A stretch of 61,022 nt of DNA, counting the filler, from Catajapyx aquilonaris (taxonomy: Eukaryota), in the NCBI GenBank assembly GCA_000934665.2. It is 3 parts of 3 records of this genome, joined end to end, with 100 filler letters (N's around TTAATTAATTAA, not from the genome) between each part and the next. Parts side by side here need not be neighbours in the genome. Positions count along the whole stretch, not along the records: positions 40,750 to 61,022 come from JYFJ02006304.1; 2 more parts are not named here. One strand, given 5' to 3'. The translations under genes and the position numbers were made by a program. The notes under the pieces were generated by a model, which had not been told where the DNA came from, did no database searches, and worked only from the letters and a program-made list of their open reading frames with translations. The number at the start of each line of letters is the position of its first letter. The first letter of the stretch is position 1. Positions 52,919-61,022 of the stretch are shown in pieces.

Positions 52919-53768
52919 GTGAACCAATGACTCTCACTGGACTTTCAAAAAAGTTTACAGCAAAAGGGGGAGGAGCCAACAAGATAGGCTCCGCGCCAGC
53001 GGACTTTGCGAATGCCGGGGCCGCCCGAAATTACGCCCGGTTGGCCCCGGCCTTAGGGAAGAGGATGTGGGGAAAGGATTCTGCTGCTTATTATGACTGG
53101 AACCATCTGGAAAGAGAAAATGGCTGAAAGAAGAAAACAAAGGGGGCAAAAATAGGGCTACAAGAAAAATGATGGTGATCATCATTTCAGGCAGGACTGC
53201 TGGCTTCCCGAGTGGCACCATCTCAGCAGCAGGCTGGAAAGAGAACAAAAATTAATTTGAAAACATGCAACACAATAGAAAAGGGTCCATATATGCAATT
53301 ACATTGCTTCCTGTGCACAGAAATTAAGCAAATTTTAGCACCTTGACATTTCCCAGCCACAAACACCTTAAAAAAGCTTAATTGGCATGATATCAAGATC
53401 AATGCCAAAGCTGATTAAGTGGAAAATAATGCTCTAAATAAAGGCAATGAGCAATTCCACCTGCAAAGACTTTGAGTGCAGCACAAAAGGTTTCCTCTCA
53501 TTTCCCAATAGAAAGCAGATACATTCAGAAGAGTCATTCTATTTCAGTCAGGTAATTCTCACAGGAGCCAACACTCAAATCCACGCAACTGTATTGAGAC
53601 CCTCATCTCAATGATACTGACCTACAGCAACATCTCGTCATGGGCATCATCCTCTGGTAATCACTGCTGCTCTTCCTCTGGGCGAAAGAAATCTGAAAGC
53701 AACAGAGATGCAAGAATGTAAATCAGGTGAAACAGTTCACACGATTGTGCAATCATTGTTATGCAAGA

Positions 53769-54171
53769 CTCAAGTGCCAAAAGTCATGGGATCGAAACAT
53801 GAAACTTTTGAACTCACACCACCCTGGCATGTATGGCCAGGTTTTGTCGTGATGACGCAGGGTGCTGAACACAGCTCATGGCACTACTTTATGACGATGT
53901 GAAATTCCAGCAGGCTAATGTAGTTTCATTAGCAGGTCCAGAATTAGTTCAAGCAGCGTTATGAAGAATGATGTGGCCAGACTGAATCCTATCCAGCATT
54001 TATGAGACGTGGTGAAGAGGTCCAAAACCATGCACCTTCAATAATCCAAGAAGCTGCAGGTGGCTATCCATCCAGATGGCATGGCTCAAACTTATGGAAT
54101 CAATGCCACATAAGAATTTCTGCACTTCACAAGGCTAGAGGATACCTATCCCATGACTTTTGGCACTTGAG
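53769..54171 (+). mobile_element. Internally deleted, degenerate Tc1-like transposon
   Basis: Perfect 24-bp TIRs CTCAAGTGCCAAAAGTCATGGGAT / ATCCCATGACTTTTGGCACTTGAG. Decayed transposase motifs FQQAN (cf. FQQDN), LNPIQHL*DVVKR (cf. LNPIEHLW) and LMESMP...KARG. Confidence 0.88.
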
Positions 54172-54629
54172 GATAATGCAGCATGCATAAACAGATGCAC
54201 ATTATCAAAAACCGTGGTGGTCAGTAGTGCAGGAGTAGTCACTTGATCAACATATGACAGTACAAAAGCAATTTGAAAAGTTCCAAACGACCAATGTGCG
54301 CCCACACTATGCATAACCCTATTGTGAGACACTGATGTCACAAACAGCTGTGGGTGATCAACAATAAATTATCATGACTGGCACAACTAGGCATGCGAGT
54401 CGCCTTAATTCTATTCAATTCTCTGAAGAGAGTGACTATGAGCTTCACTGTTGTAGGCCTACTGCAGATTTGGACAGTGCATTGTAAATAATGACATGGC
54501 TAATCCTCTTCCACATTTAACAAAGCCTATTATCCAGCATTACATTTTAGTACATGTCAGGCAAGAATTTACACATTTTCTTCTAGGCCAGCCACATCCC
54601 ACTATATCTGCCCAATGGCAGTCGAGTTT

Positions 54630-56070
54630 CCTGCTGTACCACCCCTGGAAAATGGCCTGGCAGTGCTCATTTGTTTTTGTTTTTTTTAACTGCTTTGAAA
54701 CCATTAAATCTGACAGATGGAAACCATGCGTTTGAGTAGCATTTTACCTATTAAGTGGTGGCCTTCTCACAAAATATGATGTTACTTGTGTATTCACTGC
54801 GAAGCATACGGCACTTGATTGAACAAGCAAACTTTGCAAGTTAACGAGCAATGACAAGGTCATTGTGACATTATGGTTATGTTTTACTCCAATGAGGGTC
54901 AATTTGGCGATGAAAATGCACTTATTGTGCATTAGTCTGTTAGTCGAGTCTTACCTTCAATGTCATTTTTCTCACAACTAATTGGCTAATTATTTAGCAG
55001 TATCTTGAGTGGCTATTCTGTCTCTTCCCAATATAATCAGGACACCACTGTACTTGCCCAATGACAGTCAAGTTCACTTAGTCCGAAAATCACCTGCATG
55101 TCATGTCACAAATGTGAATCATGTTTTAATAACACACTTGCATGCCCCAACATCTCTTCCATATGCCTCATTATAATGTAAATTACATTATAACAAATGT
55201 TGCAATATATTACACCACTTATAATCTAATGTTATCTATATAGTCTACGAACTATACTTAGTTCTAATGCTATAATCATAAACCTATATTCTAATGTTAT
55301 CTAGTCTACTATCTATACTTTAATTCTAACAACAAATGTTATAATCATACAACTTAATATTCTAATGAGGCATATGGAAGAGATGTTGGGGCCACAAGGT
55401 GTTATTAAAACATGATTCATTTTCTACTAATTCATATTTGTCAGATGAGCATGCTGGTGATTTACATGCTATGTGAACTTCATTTGCATTGGGAAAGTAC
55501 AGTGGTGCCCTGATTATATTGGGAAGCGATTTAAATAGCCACTAAACTGCACTAAAAAGACACTGCCAAATAATAATCAGATTAGTGTAGTTACGAGAAA
55601 AATGCCATTGAAGGGAAGACTTAACTGACAAATGAACCGTACATGCATATTCATCGCGAAATTAAGCCATGGAGTAAATCAAAACCATAAATGTCGCAAT
55701 AATGCTCGTTATCATGCCAAGTAACCATTTCCTCACAGGTTCAATCAAGAGTCTAAGGGCCAGTTTCACCGAGCTTGGTATATGACAAAACCAGGTTTCT
55801 TTCTGAAAATCCATACAAAATTGTATGGATTTGTAGAAAGTACCCTGATTTTATCATATACCAAGCTCGGTGAAACTGGCCCTAAGTATGCTTTGCAATG
55901 AACACACAAGTAACAAGCACCACCACATTTTGTGAGAAGGCTATACCACTTTATAGGTAAAATGCTACTCAACTCATAGTTTCCATCTGACAGATTTAAC
56001 GTGTCCAGTGCAACTTTTTTGCCAATTAGCATTGCCACGACATTTTTCAGGGGTAGTGTACAGATTACAG
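54630..56070. mobile_element. Large degenerate foldback (~550-bp arms) with AT-rich tandem core
   Basis: Examples: GCCCCAACATCTCTTCCATATGCCTCATTA (55144) vs TAATGAGGCATATGGAAGAGATGTTGGGGC (55363); CTTCCCAATATAATCAGG vs CCTGATTATATTGGGAAG; TTGAGTAGCATTTTACCTAT vs ATAGGTAAAATGCTACTCAA. The centre has TCTAATGTTAT repeats. Confidence 0.8.
55757..55882. mobile_element. PIF/Harbinger (Tourist-like) MITE inserted in the right arm of the foldback
   Basis: Perfect 29-bp TIR GGGCCAGTTTCACCGAGCTTGGTATATGA with TAA on both sides; absent from the left arm. Confidence 0.9.
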
Positions 56071-58105
56071 GTGACTTCCCAAAGCGTAAGAATAATTAAC
56101 TTTTGATTGTCAAAATAATGTTAAAATAGATTACAGTATTCAAGGCACATGCTATTGACGAGAGCAACCCTCAAACTGAATATCCCATTTCAACTGACCT
56201 TATTTGATTAATTTTAATTTTAAGCACCTAGTATTCAGTTCATTTTAATGCACACGTTATTATTCGGAACCACCACAGCAATTCACATTGAATGTCTAGA
56301 AACCTACTTCACATGTGCCCTTGGACTGGGTCTCAAATATTAATGCACTATTTTGCACTGAAATGAGTCAAATGTCTCTGCAGCCACTAGACAAGCTTCA
56401 TACCAGTGCTTTGATTGTATAGGGCGAGTTTTCAGCAGTGATTTCTAATATTGATGCAGCCACCTAACACTAATCAGATTGCAGGCCTATGTTTGAATGA
56501 ACCTGACATACATGTCACTTCTACACTTTCTCCTAAGTTGCCTTCACATTTCATTCTTCAGCTCAAACTGTACGAGGATTATTCCAAAAGACACGACGAG
56601 TCACCAATAAATGAAAGCAAGAGAATAGGACTCACCAATAAGTGCGGCAGTTGGCAGCTCAAGTCACTCGAAGAACCATAATTGCGTTGGGGGCAGGCGA
56701 TGAAATGAGATGACCACGTTGGTTGTTGGGAGTGTCTCAGCCAAATGAGTTGTCCATCGCAGCATGCAGTCACGTCTCCAGAGCAGCACAGATGTTTGAG
56801 GATGCTTCTGTAAAGGGCGGATTGTATGAGATCAAAATGTCAGGCAACAAGTTACTAATAAACTATGGAATGGGTTCAGGGTCTCTTTTAGCAGTAAAGA
56901 GTACAATTTCGTACCAACTAAAGTGGATACTCCACACCTCCAAATTTTCAGGAAAAATGCAAATTATTTGCTATTTACACTAATTACACAGCACTCGAGC
57001 AAAGCTAGATTGCACCTTCACGTAATATTGCATATCAAGTTGGTCTTCAAAGACAACAATTTTTTATTTGATGGTTTCATTGCAAAAATATTCGCCATCT
57101 TTTTAAACTATATATTACGTAATAAGCTCATTACATGTATAAAAATGACCATAATGCAACAGCACCTTAAGAGCTAGTGATCAGGACAGAACAGGCGGTC
57201 ATTTGGGAAGTACAAGAACTACTTTATCTACTATACACCTACCACCTACAAAAACCTGCCAACTGATGGGAGGATTTTACTGATTTGCATGTCCTTCTGC
57301 TCATACAGCACATCCCAATAACCAGTGATGGGATAATTGCCCAACAGACGCAGGCCACTATTACTGCTGACGTTCATGCACAGCATGACTCCAACAATGT
57401 CAACAGCACAACTACCCCCAAGGCTTGTGACTTCAGTGCTTCATTTTATCAAGAGGCGAGAATTTTTGAAACCCATCCCATGTTGCCCTCATTCAAGTTC
57501 AGATTCAGCTGCCACGTTTAATGTCACCAGCATGGCTTATCAGTGCAAAATAATCAAGAGAAATGCTCACCAAATAATAATGGTTGTGTCCGAAGACCAT
57601 CGAGATGCTGGATGCTGCGATTAAAGACCAATGATCATGTAGTCATTGTAGAGGATGCTGGTGATGCTTGCTTAGGGCTGTGAAGGCGGCAGCAGCATGG
57701 TAATGCAAGACCTGTCAGACCGTAATATCAAGGCTGCACCTGCATGAAAAAAAGCATTTTGTAAAATAACGCATATCAAACCACAATATATTACTCGAGT
57801 GCAAATTTTGATATAACAATTATATCAAAATTATTTCGTAATTATTATGAATGTCTTCAGAAGACGGGACAACTGCCCTATGTTCAACTCAGCCCATCAG
57901 CCAACAATCCATTCAACAGTAATGTCCCCAAGCGGACAATTAGTCCCGCCTCTAAAAAGGTACTCATTACAATTCCTGGTGTTCATTTGTATGGATCCAA
58001 GAAACGGGCACTATTGCATTAAATATGAAATATTGCTGTTTACAAACAGGCATTTTGAATGAAATTAAATTTTTGTAAAATATGGCAATGTAATAGGACT
58101 GATTT

Positions 58106-58406
58106 ACCGAAGCAGTGGTAGCGGAGGGGATTTGGTATCCGACTGCTAATCGGGAGGTCCTGGGTTCGAATCCCGGTGGCCGCCGACCCTGACCGTGGTT
58201 TTCTGTGGTTTTCCACGGTCTCACCAGGAAAATTCCGGGGTCGTGTCAGTAATTATAGGCCACAGCCGTCCCTATCCCGTCCCCATATAAGAGAAGTAAA
58301 AACTAAAGTAAGAGTTCCAGATAAAAAAAAATATGGTGGTATCCCACCCCCCTAAGAGAGCCCATGGCTCTAGCACAAGGTACAAATAATAATTATTATT
58401 ATTATT
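58106..58406 (+). mobile_element. tRNA-derived SINE
   Basis: A-box-like TGGTAGCGGAGGGG; B box GGTTCGAATCCC; core GGTTTTCTGTGGTTTTCC...CCAGGAAAATTCCGGG...AGGCCACAGCCG; (ATT)n tail; 13-bp TSD ATAGGACTGATTT at 58093 and 58407. Confidence 0.9.
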
Positions 58407-58554
58407 ATAGGACTGATTTTCAAAATGGCCAACAATTATTCAGCTAACGCCAGGTAACAATGCAAATTTACCAACCGCCGCCATTATACGTCGGGTGATC
58501 TGGCGTAAAATTGCGTACTTAGTGCCTCTGGGGTAGCACAATGTCAAAGCAAAT

Positions 58555-59180
58555 TGGGCAATTTAATCTCAATTTTCTAGTTGATTTTCTTTTAATTCCC
58601 ATTACATTGTGGAGACTAGACATGATTGATGCAATTTGACTGATGGGTGCTAGAAATTCATCTTATTCGGTATAGTCACGATTGCACTCTCTCAAAACAT
58701 CTTTACTCGAACCATTTTAATTCCATTTTGTGGCATGGTGCAGATGGCGTCCCTGCATTTCAGTGAGCCAAGGTCAAGTGTCATTCGTCCAGCCCCATTT
58801 TGTTACACAAATCCAGTAAAACCAATTGCTTGGCGACTAGCTCAATTAGAAATAGCCTACTGGATTAATTTGTGTAATAAAAAGGGGCTGGACGAATGAC
58901 ACTTGACGTTTGCTCATTGAAATGCAGGGACGCCTTTGAATAGCATAAATGCATCTTGGTCTGTTAAATGTCACAAAATGGAATTAAAGTGGTTCATGTA
59001 AAGATGTTTTTAAAAATGCAATCGTGACTATATTATATTACTATATTATCGTGACTATATTATATCGAATTAGATGACTTCCTAGCACCCATCAGTCAAA
59101 TTGCCTCAATCATGCCTAGTCTCCACAATGTAATGGGAATTTTTTTAAACCACTAGATAATTGCGATGAAATGGCATTGC
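58555..59180. mobile_element. Foldback element (~260-300-bp arms, ~40-bp loop)
   Basis: TTCCCATTACATTGTGGAGACTAG vs CTAGTCTCCACAATGTAATGGGAA; CAATTTGACTGATGGGTGCTAG vs CTAGCACCCATCAGTCAAATTG; GTCAAGTGTCATTCGTCCAGCCCC vs GGGGCTGGACGAATGACACTTGAC. Confidence 0.88.
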
Positions 59181-59915
59181 AATTGCGTTTTTTTCCCTCA
59201 TACTGTTCTTGCTGCACCATGTCTGTTAACTCATATTCTTGCCTGACTAAATTATTTGACAGTTCGGGGCAACGTTTTTCGTGCCAAATCCAGATTTGAG
59301 CAGGCAAGAATCCGATATTATCTGACCTGGTACAACCGACCCTTAATTGCTGCGTGATATGAACCTGTAAATGACTGGTTTTAAATCGTTGCTGTGCTCA
59401 CCATTCATGCATTCCAGGCCTGTCTATGTGCGTGGCTTAACCCGATGTCCAACTTGACCCCACTTGACGGAAGATGAGATTGGTCCACGAAGTACTGCAT
59501 CGCTGGTGCCTCATTATCCCCTGCAAACGGAGTTAATTAAAATATTGCTTTGCACTAATAAAATGAATAAGTGTATGCCTGTATAACTTGCCGACTTTTT
59601 CGTGGCTAAATGAATGGTGCTTTTGTATAGTACACGGCCTTCGCAAGTAACCCCCTTCTAAATGGTGATGTGCACGTACCTGTACTCGTATATTATTGCA
59701 GTATGTTGTCTGTAGACCTGGCACGTCCGCCTTCGTTGGAGATCAAGGTGAAAAGAGGGAGAGCTGCACACACGCAGGGCTGGATCGGTTTGGTGGGATC
59801 AACCCCCTACCCACCCGACTCCGGATATGCTTATCTCTCTGGTCAAATGGACTACCCTGCTATGTACAGACTGCGTCCAAAATACTTGGACAGCTCAAGG
59901 CTGCTCAAGGCTGTT

Positions 59916-60099
59916 AGCGCAGAGAGGCACAAGTGGGCACAAGGGTGGCTGGTGGTACAATTCATGCCTCCATGCCAATCTGAACGGAGTTTATATCAAG
60001 GGAGAGACAGGCCAACCCGGTCGAGGTGTCTTCTGGCGCCACTGGAAGGGATGGAGTTACTCTCTGAGAAGAGCAGCCATGAAGATCAGACCCAGATAG
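59916..60099 (+). pseudogene. Isolated C-terminal fragment of a fibrinogen-related domain (FReD; ficolin/techylectin-like)
   Basis: HKGGWWYNSCLHANLNGVYIKGETGQPGRGVFWRHWKGWSYSLRRAAMKIRPR* is the canonical FReD C-terminus. The upstream SAERHK is frameshifted by a duplicated GGCACAAG, and no earlier FReD exons were seen. Confidence 0.85.
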
Positions 60100-60320
60100 A
60101 AAAAAAGACCAAGGAATGACTCTGCTTTGCACATGATGTGCCACCCTTGCACACCCACCAAGCACCCTTGTTGCCTGATGCACCATTCATTGTTATAATT
60201 ATCGGGTTTATGCATATTATAGAGGCAGTTTCTTTTGAAGTAATAATTGCAAACTAATGCATTCAATGCCAATGCGAGTGATCAAGCACAACAACACTGT
60301 GATTGTGTTTCTCTATTGTA

Positions 60321-60790
60321 CGAGGGCCATACTAAAAATGATTTACAATTCATAGCCACAAATGCAGGGGCCCAATAAGGTCAGCTAATAATAGGCACAC
60401 ATTATCCACAGAATCATCCTGGAGCCAAATACACATTCTGAGTCGTGGGACCACTTTTTGGAGGTTCGGCGCACCCCTTCCCAGACAACTGCTTATACAG
60501 TCAACAATGTCCTCGAAATTGCATCAGAGAAGTAGTTTCCTTCCATGGATCTTAACAGGTGCTGAGAGCCGCTGGTGTAGAAGCACACAAACACATATCC
60601 ATGGAAAAATAACCCTTCACCGACGCCATTTCAAGGGCACTGCTGACAGTTGTTTACAGTTGTCCGGTTGTGGGTGAGTCGCACGCTTATTCCAATGGCT
60701 GCGGCTGATGAAGACAAGAAGGCGCAATGCCAATAAATTCGCTCTGTTCATGGTAGAAGCTCTGTTCATGGTAGCACAGAATGACCTACG
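60321..60790. mobile_element. Possible decayed mariner-like remnant
   Basis: Starts TA|CGAGGGCCATACTAAAAA (mariner-like terminus) with a weak inverse ATGACCTACG at 60781-60790; no clean transposase motif. Confidence 0.25.
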
Positions 60791-61022
60791 AGAGGATTAT
60801 TATTAATATTTTTTATCGTCGCTGTAACATAAACCTGTTTAGCTCAAAATAAACCGAATGGACACTATAAAGACGAGTCATTATTTCAATACGTCTGGAT
60901 CGATAAATGAAGGATCGCAAGGTTGATATGCTGCTCTCAAGTTCGATGCCGGCATTCTTATCCGTGTCGATCTGATATGACTTATCAATCTTATCAGAAC
61001 CTTCAAACTCCTTGACCCCCCC
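60791..61022 (+). repeat. P450 upstream segment, copy 2 (runs to the contig end)
   Basis: Direct repeat of 43703-43930, ending about 20 bp before the position equivalent to the P450 ATG at 43952. Confidence 0.93.

Noticed and set aside
58106..58185. tRNA gene (also at 34320-34392)
   Set aside because: These are SINE heads: followed by SINE bodies and TSDs, with no proper acceptor stem.
59670..60119. 149-aa ORF as a gene
   Set aside because: Mostly out of frame with the FReD fragment, and the remainder has no recognisable homology.

Overview
Eukaryotic, intron-rich DNA, most likely from an arthropod and possibly a crustacean (inferred from an ABCH transporter, a clan-2 P450 and arthropod-like SINEs; the species cannot be determined). 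The window is three unrelated ~20.27 kb contigs (1-20270, 20371-40649, 40750-61022) joined by artificial N44-TTAATTAATTAA-N44 linkers. Contig 1 has no credible coding exon; it holds homeodomain-type motifs, a GA repeat and small non-autonomous elements. Contig 2 is gene-dense: the 3' end of a WAP (four-disulfide-core) gene missed by the ORF track, an orphan ATP6AP1-like first exon, RPS23, ATP6AP1/VhaAC45, a 13-exon IL-17-receptor-like gene (FN3-like ectodomain, TM, SEFIR), an unknown ~152-aa gene, a V-SINE, MITEs and the 5' half of an ABCH transporter. Contig 3 has the 3' end of a non-LTR retrotransposon, an intact clan-2 P450 and a truncated P450 copy. About 16.7 kb of repeat-rich DNA follows (SINEs, a Tc1 remnant, foldbacks, ORF-less exon-like modules, a fibrinogen-domain fragment), then a second copy of the P450 upstream region. 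All gene models were assembled by eye from GT-AG sites and frame continuity; no database searches were run.
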